A stretch of 64,000 nt of DNA from Octopus vulgaris (GCA_951406725.2 OX597831.1:83886001-83950000); one strand, 5' to 3'; counted from the first letter of the stretch, positions 14,922 to 27,188 are shown. The notes: generated from the letters alone by a model not told the origin. Made by a program: numbers and translations.

Positions 14922-15110
14922 TAGACAGAAACCAAAAAGCTGGGATAGCTGGAGCAACTTTGATCAAAGAGTGCACGTATTATGATTGCGGGTGTAAGAA
15001 GGTTAGTAAACAACTAAGTGGCCCCAGGTTCGATTCCACAATGCCTCTTAGTTATGTAGTTGTCTTCTACCATGTGCAGTAAAATTTAGAACTACTGGAC
15101 CCTACACATG

Positions 15111-15158
<48 letters not shown>

Positions 15159-15673
15159 TTTCAACCTTTACTTGTTTCAGATAGTAGATTGCGACCATAC
15201 TGGAGCACAGCCACCAAGGGCTTTACTGGAACAAATCGATCCCAGTACTTATTTTTAAAATGTGGTCCTTGTTATAATCGCTTTTTCTCCCTCACCCCAC
15301 ATCGAACGTGGAAGTAAACAAACCATTACCAGCTGTTAAGCGGTTTTGGGAAACAAACTCAAACATATATATATATATATCAACGACGGACTTCCATAAA
15401 GTTCCATCCTAGCAAATTCATTCACAAGGCTTTCATCGGCTTGAATCTTAAATAGGAGACACTTACCCGAAAGTAACACGCAGCGGGAGCGAACCCGAAA
15501 ATACACGGCTGCAATGTAAGCTTCTTAACTACATGATCTCGCCTATGCCTGTGCCTTTGTATCTTATATCAATCTGTCTCTTTGTCTCTTTCCTTTTTCT
15601 CCCTTGATATATATAATACACACGCACATGTATACACATATGTATATATATACGTACATATATAAAATATTTA

Positions 15674-15844
15674 AGGCGGTGAGCTGGCAGAAACGTTAGC
15701 ACGCCGGGCGAAATGCGTAGCCGTATTTCGTCTGCCGTTACGTTCTGAGTTCAAATTTCGCCGAGGTCGACTTTGCCTTTCATCCTTTCGGGGTCGATAA
15801 ATAAAGTACCAATTTCGCACTTGGGTCGATGTAATCGACTTAAT
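15674..15844 (+). mobile_element. tRNA-derived SINE family B (Meta-domain-like), 3'-truncated
   Basis: Head GGCGGTGAGCTGGCAGAAACGTTAG, B-box GAGTTCAAATT, GCCTTTCATCCTTTCGGGGTCGATAAA.AAGTACC motif. Confidence 0.85.
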
Positions 15845-16393
15845 AAAAGGGGGTTTGATAATAAAAGGGGGTTTGGTTTTCGATCAAAAGGGATCGTAAA
15901 AGGAAAGAAAGAGGAAAGCAAAAAAAAGGGGGGGGGATAAAAATAAAAGGAAAAAGAAAAAATCGATCAATAGGGATCGTTATCACAGAAATGTCAATAT
16001 AAAGTGTAAAGAGGAGGACAGGTGAGGTTTACCCCTGGAAAGAAAAGCCTACGGAAAAGACCACGGTGACCTCGGTCAGTGAAGTCACATGTTACATTTT
16101 TTTTACAAAGAAGCAACTTTCTGTATAATTTTTACGGTTCATAGAATCATAGTCAAGGTGGCTTCGTCATTCATACGTGCCATCCTTGCTACATTCACCC
16201 ATCTTTTTTTTAAACATTCACTAGACAACACTTGCCTCTCTACTCTCACTTTCCTCTTCAAGTGATACTTGAAGAAGTTGATGAAAGATTGACCAGGGAG
16301 GAAAGTGTTTGTCTCTAATCCTTTCAGGCGCGTCCACCAGATACATTCTTTCGCCATAGCCCGTTTGAAGGAAGGAGGCGTGACGATATTAAC
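15845..16393 (-). mobile_element. 3' fragment of an L1/Tx1-clade LINE
   Basis: C-terminus AMAKECIWWTR..LKKRW..* (AK..IW..R motif), then a pyrimidine-rich 3' UTR; 5' junction in (GATA)n. Confidence 0.6.
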
Positions 16394-16485
<92 letters not shown>

Positions 16486-16826
16486 TGTACATGACTAAAC
16501 ACATTAAAAGCAAAAAGCTTGCACTACACACACACACACATTTACAAAACATATTTTAGCAAATATAATTGGGGATTATGGCGGGATAATTGCTAAAAAT
16601 TTGTAAGACTGCGTTCATTGCCTTGTTTTTTGATAATCTGTCTGTGTGACGAGGTTTGAGGTTTTTGCGAAAATAATGAATATATATATATATAAGTTCA
16701 GCAAAATTTAAATTCAGATGAATATGGTACTTAAGTTAAAGGTACCAGAATTTGGTATGGTATTATCCATATAAATCAAATGGGGTGATTATAATCAAAA
16801 TAAGCAACAAGGATATCCAAGGTAGA

Positions 16827-16912
16827 GTAGTACAATTGTTTCATGCTACTTCATTTTATTAAACACTGTAAGTATTACATTGGTTTTAAAATGTCGAGCA
16901 ATCTTCAGCCAC
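16827..16912 (-). ncRNA. Type I hammerhead with long stem II, in a ~300-bp element (~16693-16990) ending in (TA)n
   Basis: gtgg CTGAAGA t-TGCT..AGCA-t GAA ACAATTGT A ctac; palindromic stem III. Confidence 0.75.
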
Positions 16913-16992
16913 ATATAGAATTTTCCAATTAAACGGACAATGCACATTCTTATCCCTATTTCATTTGCCAACATTATAAAGAGGGTGTATAG

Positions 16993-17182
16993 TCGCCATG
17001 ATAGATCGTTAGCCACTGCACACATTTTTTTCTCTCCTTGTTTCGTTCTGTGTACCTTTCTGTAGAAGAGCGTAAGCTCGAAACGTAAAAGACTTTTTCT
17101 ATTCCTGAGCGTTATACTAATACATATGTTTGTTTTGTACACCACCTGTCTTCGTCTTTTGTTTTTTTCGTGAACTCTCCCT
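16993..17182 (+). mobile_element. ~190-bp pLTR-like element with HHR-like motif at 17056-17091 (copy at 53162-53362, -)
   Basis: cttt CTGTAGA A GAGC gtaa GCTC GAA ACGT A aaag; two copies with the same ends; 3' end at TA. Confidence 0.7.
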
Positions 17183-18341
17183 ATATATGTAAATATATAA
17201 TACGCTTCGTGTATTTATACATACACTTCTTTTGTGAGTAACAGTTAAGCGTTTGATGCTATTGAATTATAAAATTTACTTTCTAAATTATTCGACACGA
17301 GTTGAAATCGTTCTGTTCATTTTCTATATTCGTCTCATAATGCTTAATGAAATAGTTTGAAGTTTCCTGAATTAACCAACAGAGTTTCTACTTTCTTACT
17401 TACAACAGCGTCACAGTTTAGTTACTCTGTTTGTTTTTTTTTGTTTTTTTGTTTTGGGTTTTTTTTTTATTTTGAAAGTTCATTCTGCTTTCTTAATGTT
17501 AAAATAATGTTTTATAATATTCATAAATTTTGACGATTTGCCATGCATCGCAACATTTATAAAGAGATTTCTTCATCATTATTGTAGCCCGAACGGTTCT
17601 TTTGAGGAAAGTTGCATCCGTACTATAGAACAATGGCACTTATTTTTAATTTGTTTTTTACCACTATGTCCAATAAAAATCTCACTAAACTTTCAGAGAA
17701 GGTCTCCACTCACTTGCTGGAGCCGTTCTCTTTATTTCTTTATCATCGGAAGTTTATCTTGCTATCATAATTGTCTTACAATGTTTTATCATTCATAAAT
17801 CCAGATGATTCTCCCGGCATGGCAGCAGCAGCAGCCACAAGAAGTCTCGATGCTACGTTAGTGCGCTGTCTTTAATTTCAAAGCGTTTCTAACCTAACTC
17901 TATCTCTTGTGTACACTGTGAAATGATCTGATCTGAGTTAGGCTTAGAGTTAGAGTGAGGTTAGAAACACTGAAATTACAGACTGAAAATTCACCTCCTC
18001 ATATCTTCACAAGAAATGTTGTTCTTCGTGAACCTCTCCAGTGAATCACACGTGTATAGTATTTTAGGAGTAATAAATATAATTTTCATATTTTCCTGTC
18101 ATTTTTGGTATTTTAATTTACTTCTTCAGTTTCTGTTTTCAGGACTAACTTTTCCAACAATAACTCCGTCATTATTGACGGCTCGGCTACTCTAGTAAAA
18201 TATTAATCAGTTAACACGAATGCCGTCGGTTTGTGCCTTATACTGGCCAATGGTTACATTTTCATATGCTGGTACGTACAACAAGGTTACAGTCTATGAC
18301 TGACACTGATAATTGACAAATATATAAATACATACATACTA

Positions 18342-18375
<34 letters not shown>

Positions 18376-18512
18376 CGGAGATGTACTTGCATAGCGAGTG
18401 ACTTGATCTGAGATGGTGTGCTGGAACGAAAACATTTAAATGTTGAAGTGAATCTAACGGTTTTTGTGTTTTTCTTAAATGGCTTATAAACACCTTCTAC
18501 GCTGCAATTGTT
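18376..18512 (-). mobile_element. Short 3' end plus inverted segment of the 46768-47090 family
   Basis: 18376-18433 is the reverse complement of ~47030-47085; 18433-18512 matches ~46953-47030 directly; flanked by (TA)n. Confidence 0.75.
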
Positions 18513-18569
18513 TATATATATATATGTGTGTGTGTGTATGTGTGTATATATATATGTATGTATGTATGT

Positions 18570-19104
18570 CAGGTCACTTTCGATTGCTACTGGTAACATG
18601 TAACCCAGTACAACCTGTTGGCGACTAAACCGGCAACCTCACCAAGCTTGCTTGGTGAGGAGGGTGTTTATTGGACACCCTGCGGGATGAAAAACAAAAC
18701 CCGTCAAAGGGCGGAGGAACTTTTGAGAGTCAACGGCCATCCAATAAATTTCTTAAGGCTGTATCATGCGCGGGGACATAGAAATAATCGGACTGAATAT
18801 CCGATCGCGCGGTTAAACCATTGGGAGTGACGGACTCCTAGCCTTTGTTAGGGCATCCTTCTAAGAGAAGGTAACTCGGGAAACTGGGATAACTCCGACA
18901 TAAAACCTGCGGCTCAGTGGTTACCGATAATGTTGACTTGTTCTTCTTTTCGGATTATGGCTACTGTTGCTTAGTGAGTGGGATTGACTCAGTGCACAGC
19001 CTTTCTTCACTTTAAAATAAATCTTCTTGCACAGGCATTGCACGATAACAACATTGATTAAGCCTCGTGCAATGGACATACTCGATAACGAGGGGGCAGC
19101 CACC
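18570..19104 (+). mobile_element. RTE-5'UTR-like non-autonomous element embedded in (TATG)n
   Basis: AGGGCATCCTTCTAAGAGAAGGTAACTC resembles the RTE 5'-UTR motif; GC-richer block with hairpins; (TATG)n on both sides. Confidence 0.45.
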
Positions 19105-19406
19105 ATGTATGTATGTATGTATGTATGTATGTATGTATGTATGTATGTATGTATGTATGTATGTATGTATGTATGTATGTATTATGTATGTATGTGTGTA
19201 TGCATGTATGTGTGTATGTGTGTATGTATGTATGTATATATGTATGTATATTTGCTTGTATGTTTGCTTGTATATATGGTATTATATTTAACTCTTGAAT
19301 TTCGGTTTTTACGATTGATAAACAGTCTACTTTCTTCACTCTGTTAGCCATGTATGTAAGCATGTACGTATGTATATATATATGTAAGTATACTCACACA
19401 CACACA

Positions 19407-19441
<35 letters not shown>

Positions 19442-19894
19442 AAAACACACGTGAAAGTACTTGGCCTAGTGGATAGGGTATTAACACTCACGATCGCTAG
19501 ATCGTGGGTTCGATTTTCAGATCGGGTGGCGCCTTGTATTCTTGAGCAAAATATTTCATATCACATTGCTATGTGGGTGTGAGAGTGACAGAGCAATGCT
19601 TTACAGTATATCTTCCGGCTCTCAACATCCTGAGTTCGAATGCTGCCTGGAGAAATAATGGGAAACCATTCCAGTATTCATCGTAACTCTTGTCATGGTT
19701 GCCAAAGTTCCAGTAATCGGGCCCTCCAAAGTCGAATAGAATGCTTGAGAATGTACACATGCATAGCACCTACCCAAGGGCATAGTATCACTAGATTAGA
19801 GATATGCGTACATATGAACATGTAGAGGCAATTATGCGGATAAACAAATTAAATATATTAAATATAATATAATAGTTTGGGCATGAAGTATGTT

Positions 19895-19928
<34 letters not shown>

Positions 19929-20249
19929 CATGCCAAAACAAGAGAATTATTATATCTAATTTGTTTATCCGCATAATTGCCTCAAATCCACCCACAGGAT
20001 TTCGGTTGGCCCGAGGCAATATTAGAAGACGCATGCCAAACGTTCCACGCAGTGGGACTGAACTCGGAACCATGTAATTGGGAAGCAAACTTCTTACCAC
20101 ACAGCCGCATACATGTATACGAATATATGACGCGCTTCCGCATAGTGTCCGTTTACAAAATTCACTCAGAAAGTATAGATCGTTCCGTGACAATTAACCA
20201 GTGCTTCTCAACGAGGGTCCATATAGGGCCCGTATAAATTTTGCTCTTA

Positions 20250-20870
20250 AAATGAAGTCTCCTTCATTGGAATTTCAACATCAACAACAGGATATTTTTG
20301 TATGTATGTATGTATGTATTATGTATGTATGTATGTATGTATGTATGTATGTGTGTATGTATGTATGTGTGTATGTATGTGTGTGTGTGTGTCTGCGTGT
20401 GCGTCCAGATTTGTATGTTTTATGTATGTATTCTGATGCATATAGTTGCATATCTAGGCATACTCATATATATTTAAATGATAAATTTCTGGAAAGTTTT
20501 ACAGATTTTTACAGTTCCAGTGATGGATTGGGTCTGTAGTCTTCGGATATGTGTTACGTATCTCAGTGTCCCAATAATTACAGGTATAAACCTGAACCTG
20601 TAATCTGGATAGAGTAACAGCAGATTTCTCAATACTTCAGCATAGGTGTTCTCTTGTTCACTGGTCTTCTGTTTTATCTTAACATCCGTTTGGCAGCTAA
20701 TTTCCACAACTCTGCACAGTTTCTTTTCTCTATCCCAAATCATTATATCAGGTCTGTTATGCTTACATTTTATTGGGGTCTTCACTGGGACATTCCACCA
20801 GTATTCCTTTTTATTACGAGTGGCTATGGCTTCTACTATATTGTGGGTTTTTTTTATTTGTCCTCGGGGT
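20250..20870 (-). mobile_element. Decayed 3' end of another RLE (R4/Dong-like) LINE family associated with (CATA)n
   Basis: YWWNVPVKTPIKCKHNRPDIMIWD..VVEISC..FIPVIIGTL; 3' UTR CCTGTTGTTGATG.TGAAATTCCAATGAAGGA recurs at 25363. Confidence 0.75.
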
Positions 20871-21014
20871 TATGTATGTATGTATGTATGTATGTATGTA
20901 TGTATGTATGTATGTATGTATGTATGTATGTATGTATATTTGTGTGTGTTGGTGCATAAATGTGTACATATATATGTGTGTGTTTGTATGTAACCATGCA
21001 AGAGTGCATATATA

Positions 21015-21234
21015 TCCTTTTATTCTTTTAGTTGATTCAGTCATATGACTGCGGCCATGCTGGAGCACCGCCTTAAAGGGTGCTAATCGAACAAATCGAC
21101 CCCAGGACTTATTCTTTGTAAACCTAGTACTTATTCTATCAGTTTCTCTTGCCGAAACGCTAAGTTACGGGGGCATAAACACACCAACATCGGTTGTCAA
21201 GTGATGGCGGGGGTACAAACACACACACGCACAA

Positions 21235-21287
<53 letters not shown>

Positions 21288-21288
21288 A

Positions 21289-21343
<55 letters not shown>

Positions 21344-21344
21344 A

Positions 21345-21431
<87 letters not shown>

Positions 21432-21582
21432 GATTCTTCCTTTTCCGCCTATCAAATTCACTCAGAAGGTTTTGGCTAGCCCGAGGCTATACTAGAAGAC
21501 ATTCGCCCAAGGTGCCACGCAGTGGAAGTGAACTCGTTACCATGAGCTTGGAAAGCAAGCTTCTTACCACACAGCCACACCT
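21015..21582 (-). mobile_element. SINE family A with expanded internal (TA)n
   Basis: Head at ~21580, tail at ~21020. Confidence 0.8.
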
Positions 21583-21970
21583 GTAGATTAAAGTAGATGT
21601 AAGTTGTAGGTGATAATTTTAAAATCCAGGTGACTGAAAATTTTCCGAGGAATACACTTTCCAAGATAGTCAAAAGCTACAGTAGTAGATCGAATGACAG
21701 CAGTTGGTTAATGGACAGTAAGAAAGTGATAAATGGCCATAGAATGGCCAGTAGTCGAGTGGCTAGCAGCAGTAAAGGCTTTAACAGTAATGTCAGATCT
21801 CAGACACCGCTACTGGAATTTCTTCTTTGTGTTGCCCCACCGAAAACTAAGAATATTGTCTACCACCCAAACATTGCAATACATAGTGAGGAAGTTATTG
21901 ATTAGAAAAATAATTAATTTAGAGTAATTATGTAAATTATTGTAGCATCTTGAAAAAAAAATGAATAGAT

Positions 21971-22136
21971 AGGCGCAGGAGTGGCTGTGTGGTAAGTAGC
22001 TTGCTTACCAACCACATAGTTCCGGGTTCAGTTCCACTGCGTGGCACCTTGTGTAAGTGTCTTCTACTATAGCCTCGGGCCGACCATATCCCTGTGAGTG
22101 GATTTGGAAGACGGAAACTGAAAGAAGCCCATTATA

Positions 22137-22230
<94 letters not shown>

Positions 22231-22405
22231 CACGATACTGGTGTGTTCACGTCCCCGTAATTTAGCGGTTCGGCAAAAGAGAACGATAGAATAAGTACTA
22301 GGCTTACAAAGAATAAATCCCGGGATCAATTTTCTCGACTAAAGGCGGTGCTCCAGCATGGCCGCAGTCAAATGACTGAAACAAATAAAAAAGAGTAAAA
22401 AGAGA
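21971..22405 (+). mobile_element. Full-length SINE family A (further copies at 15165, 19990, 36400, 46480, 48425, 50105, 52020, 53710)
   Basis: A-box TGGCTGTGTGG, B-box GGGTTCAGTTCC, CORE-like GTGGCACCTTG..AAGTG, internal (TA)n(TG)n, conserved tail. Confidence 0.9.
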
Positions 22406-23338
22406 GTAAACAGTGCGTGTTTTCTCATGGATAAGAGACAGAATTTATATTTCATGATTAATGTCCGATTTGTGGATGGTGTATTTTTCTAAGAGCAAAC
22501 ATGACTGTGTAGTAAAAAATAAATTGGTTATTGTTATCATTGGTTTAATTATAACTTGTAAAATATTATGATCGTTTGAAATAATAATGTTGTTATATTT
22601 ATTGCTTTGTTATTGAAATGTGACCTGTAGAGAACCTTAAAACTCATTATCCAATATAGACGTTGCCAGCTACACAATTGGCAGAAAAATTCATTTAAAG
22701 GCTCCTCTGCAGAAAACTTACAGGAACGAAAACACAAATTCAAGGAGGTTGCTAATCCTAAAGTGCCGCCAGTCACAACTCGAGGGTCGCCAAAGAAAAC
22801 TGCCTCATTCTCATTGTCAGGGACGAACCAGGGAACATTGGAACCGCTTCTCCAAGCCATAACCGGGGAAGACAGGAAGAATCAACCACGGCAACACCAA
22901 CAGAGAGAACTAAACGACCAGAAAACAACTCCGCGAGGCCATATAGGCAGAACTCTTGCAAAATAAATTTTTTTTTAATCTGAAAGGTCTGAATAGATAT
23001 ATTTTTTAAAAGCAAAAAGAAAAAAGTGCCAGGCGGAATACACCTTCCGTGAAGAGTAGAAACTCTTTGCTGCAGAAGAACTCATCTTTTATTAAGAACA
23101 ACATCATAATATGAACGAAATGAAAGTTCCAGCCTAATAAACCAAGATTTCCTGGAATAAGTCTGGAACGGCCTGAAAATGAGATCCCTTTCTAAACATG
23201 AGATGTTATTTGCCAACCATACACAAGTTCTACGCCCTCAGTTACTCATTGTAACCCAAGAACATTTCATAGAAGTATATCTGGACTCTACATCAATAAA
23301 CGATTTTTTTCTTCCATTCTTTAATTGGTATCTGTACA

Positions 23339-23577
23339 GGCGGCGAGCTGGCAGAAACGTTAGCACGCCGGGCGAAATGCGTAGCCGTATTTCGTCTGCC
23401 GTTACGTTCTGAGTTCAAATTCCGCCGAGGTCGACTTTGCCTTTCATCCTTTCGGGGGTCGATAAATTAAATGCCAGTTACGCACTTGGGTCGATGTAAT
23501 CGACTTAATCCGTTTGTCTGTCCCTGTTTGTCCTCTCTGTGTTTAGCCCCTTGTGGGTAGTAAAGAAATAGGTATTT
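23339..23577 (+). mobile_element. Full-length SINE family B (further copies 52765-, 60725+, 62076-)
   Basis: Head, Meta-like motif and tail CCCCTTGTGGGTAGTAAAGAAATAGGTATTT. Confidence 0.9.
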
Positions 23578-23944
23578 GTACAAAACGTTTCTCCACCCAA
23601 AACATCTACAGAAGTCCGTCGTTACCGAAATTCTTTAAATTTTAATATAACTTTTTGAAACCCTGTGTGTCATCAAGAAACCACTGTCATACTATTCACG
23701 AGTTGGCAGAATCAGTTCAACAGCTCAGTTAAATTGGAACAATGAGAAATAAAATGTCTTGCTCAAGAACACAGTACGCAGCCCGGTCCGGGTACAAACT
23801 TCAATACATATATAGAAACACTCACTTATTATACTACCCCTACTTCGGCCAGATTTGAACTCAGAACGTAAAGAGAGAGTCCGTCACGTATATCTACATA
23901 TATTATATATCAAATAAAATCAAAAGCAGAACACAAAGGATGTC

Positions 23945-24035
23945 GCGGTACACGTGTTTCAAGCTTTATAAACGACCTGTTCTTACATCAGTGTATAATA
24001 GATTTAAAAGATGGTTTAAATCTCTCTTCAGCCGC
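23945..24035 (-). ncRNA. Type I hammerhead with branched stem II, in element ~23905-24200
   Basis: gcgg CTGAAGA gag..ctt GAA ACACGTGT A ccgc; canonical core, palindromic stem III. Confidence 0.75.
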
Positions 24036-24226
24036 ATGCATTGTTATTCCAAAGGATTACATCACACTATGAAAAATATGAAATATATGAAAAGTACATG
24101 TAGTATTATCCATAATAATAGGTATATCATATCTCCCTGAGATAGCGTATACAGGTGCTTACACTTATCAAGTACTCACCCTAAATTTGCAGTACCTACT
24201 GTATATATATATATATATATATATAT

Positions 24227-24575
24227 CAAGTTATCTATAGTATTTAGGAACTTCGAACTTGACCAGTACTTTTTAATGCTATTGAAGAGCAGCACTTTGA
24301 CAAAGTAAATTAATCCACGTTGTCAAAGTGCTGCTCTTCAATAGCATTAAAAAGAACTGGTCAAGTTCGAAGTTCCTAAATACTATAGATAACTTGTAAT
24401 CTCTCTACGGATGTAAGATGTAAATTATTTTTCTGACGAATTTTTTAACAACACCAGAAACTAGTTAAACCTATCTATTCTCTGACCAGTTGTGATAATA
24501 AATTCGTTTATTTGATCTACTTCTAACAGTAATGTTTACAGTGTATCACTTTTAAAAGAATATAATGTATATTAC
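24227..24575 (+). mobile_element. PLE-type fragment with 5' foldback (24227-24302 vs 24321-24396) and decayed HHR at 24430-24469
   Basis: Near-perfect 76-bp inverted repeat next to (TA)n; ttt CTGACGA..GAA ACTAGT T aaa, stem II not pairable. Confidence 0.6.
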
Positions 24576-24923
24576 AAATTATCCTTAAAAAATACACTGG
24601 GTAGTGCACTGTTATAAATTCCACACACACTCTCCGTCCTCCTTATTAACAAATGCACGATCATTCGATTTAGAGAAACCATGATAACTCGGTTTGAGTT
24701 AAGTACACGCTATGAATAGATATAATTTACAGGTCTGCCTATGGATAGAAGATAGAAATTTTTTTTTTCTTTACAAGATGAAAAATTTACAAGACATGGC
24801 AAGTAGAGTTGAAACCTACTTGTGGTCTGATACTGTATTTAGTTTTCATAGCGTGGTTAAACGATATCCTTAATTTAAGACATGCCATGCATTTCAAATT
24901 GTTTGCCAAATTATGAATACACG

Positions 24924-25134
24924 CATACATACATACATACATACATACATACATACATACATACATAATACATATATACATACATACATACATACATACA
25001 TACATACATACATACACACATACATAATACATATATACATGCATACATGCATACATACATACATACATACATACATACATACATACATAATACATATATA
25101 CATACATACATACATACATACATAAATACATACA

Positions 25135-25168
<34 letters not shown>

Positions 25169-25362
25169 CATATAAACATGCATACATGCATACATACATA
25201 CATACATACATACATACATACATACATACATACATACATAATACATACATACATACATACATAATACATACATACATACATACATACATACATACATACA
25301 TACATACATACATAAATACATACATACATACATACATACATACATACATACATACATACATA
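24924..25362. repeat. Long (CATA)n microsatellite
   Basis: Direct reading. Confidence 0.95.
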
Positions 25363-25419
25363 CCCTGTTGTTGATGCTGAAATTCCAATGAAGGATCTAG
25401 GTTAGAAACCGGCTCTTTC

Positions 25420-25860
25420 AAACTCGCAAGCTGTTCAGTGATACAGGAATCTTCTACATAACGGATATGTAGACAGACTATACTTCTCACGCATGGAAGG
25501 TGGCCGTAGTCTCAAATCTATACTGATGTCATATGAAGCACGGATTGTGATACTAAAACATTTTCAACAGAGAAAAGAGTCCAGTAACTATCTTGCCCAA
25601 GTTTGTGACTACGAAACCAACAACATAATTAGGATACCTAATGGACTCGAGGAGAGGTATGAAATAAGAGATGATACATGTCTTTGGTTAAATCTGTTTA
25701 TCAGAACAACAGAAAATAATGGACCATTCCACTGAGAAGACAATACACGGGTACTTGGCACGTAAAACAGAAGCTGTAGAAGAGATTGATAATGTCAATA
25801 GCTTAGCTTGGAGTACCGACATGTTTATGACAGCCTACTTTGAATATTACAAGCGGTCCA
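25420..25860 (+). pseudogene. Decayed internal fragment of an R4/Dong-like ORF
   Basis: DRLYFSRMEGGRSLKSI matches ERLYLPRKEGGRGLLQL of the intact copies. Confidence 0.6.
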
Positions 25861-26049
25861 CACCAAGTACTAAATCATCCATAACTTTTGTATTATCCTC
25901 TCAGATTACACCAAAATCTCAGGCAATAACAAATAATATCGTATTTATTGTCTGTGAAAATTATAGAATATAAAACAACTTTGATAAAAAATTATATCTA
26001 CTTTTCTGACGAAAACAATGCCGTTCTGAACATTTTGGCCGCCACGGTA

Positions 26050-26370
26050 TATATAACTTTACATTATTTACATTCGACAGATATTTGTCCTCATCTTGTT
26101 TGTTCTTAATACGTTTCGCCTGATACACCCTCCAGCCTTCTTCAGGTGTCTTGGCGAAATTTCGAACCTGGGTTCTCATTCTTAAGGCATTTTTCGATGT
26201 TGTTGTTGTTGTTGTTGTTATTAATGTCACTGCCTGGAATTCATCTCGGAATTTTGGGGTAGTAGTAACCACTACGCCATATGCCCGTGGGCATATGGCG
26301 GGTTGATTAAGAGCGCGGGCAACTAACCTCAACATTCCGAGTTCAATTCCAGGCAGTGACCTGAATAATG

Positions 26371-26429
<59 letters not shown>

Positions 26430-26625
26430 TATAACAACAACAACAACATCGTAAAATACCTTAGGAATGAGAATCCAGGTTCGAAATTTCCCCAAGATAC
26501 CTGATGAAGGCTGGGGGGTATATCAGCCGAAACGTTGTGTTAACAACAAACAAGATGAGGACAAATATCCGTCAATTGTAAATAATGTACATAATTCCTC
26601 ATCTCTTAAATATAGAACTGTATTA
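26050..26625. mobile_element. Head-to-head pair of tRNA-headed, hammerhead-containing SINE-like elements
   Basis: Minus copy 26050-26288 (A-box TGGCGTAGTGG) and plus copy 26289-26625 (B-box GAGTTCAATTCC). Each has an (AAT/AAC)n spacer, an HHR motif and a TA-rich 3' end. Confidence 0.75.
26496..26541 (+). ncRNA. Minimal type I hammerhead
   Basis: gatac CTGATGA A GGCTG..CAGCC GAA ACGT T gtgtt; mutated partner at 26108-26150 (-). Confidence 0.8.
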
Positions 26626-26778
26626 CATATATATATAAATTTACTATTAATAAACATCGAGCGAGTGTTGCGTACTGTTACTTAATAAAGGAAAAATGCA
26701 TTACAAGTAAACGACAGATTAAAATCGTATAAGACACAGAGGGTTCCTAATTCTTTATCAGTTATCAACTAAAATGGG

Positions 26779-26817
<39 letters not shown>

Positions 26818-26820
<3 letters not shown>

Positions 26821-27170
26821 CAGTAATGCAATACTAGAGTATTGCTTTCCAGTAAGGAATAGCCCGTGAGGGAAAAATACACAAAGTAGTAAATATATGG
26901 CACAACGAAGTACCGATATTTACTGGAAAATAGCGATCGTAATAATACGACGATAATGTATAGCTTCACCGCGTATGTATTAGCAAAAATGCGTGTGTGC
27001 AACAAACTAGAAAAAATTTGGAGGTAAGACAATTTTTTCTAGTTTGTTGCACACACGCATTTTTGCTAATACATACGCGGTGAAGCTATACATTAGCGTC
27101 GTATTATTACGATCGCTATTTCCAGTAAATATCGGTACTTCGTTGTGCCATATATTTACTACTTTGTGTA
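26818..27170. mobile_element. Foldback insertion in (TA)n: ~140-bp inverted repeat (26878-27018 / 27031-27170)
   Basis: Near-perfect reverse-complement arms with a 12-bp spacer; (TA)n on both sides. Confidence 0.8.
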
Positions 27171-27188
27171 TATATATATATATATATA

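Noticed and set aside
18570-18760. Possible HDV-like ribozyme at the 5' end of the RTE-like element
   Set aside because: Hairpins are present, but the nested P1/P2/P3/P1.1 pattern could not be assigned; needs a descriptor search.
21971-22045. SINE heads as tRNA genes
   Set aside because: A/B boxes are present, but there is no complete cloverleaf and they continue into SINE bodies.
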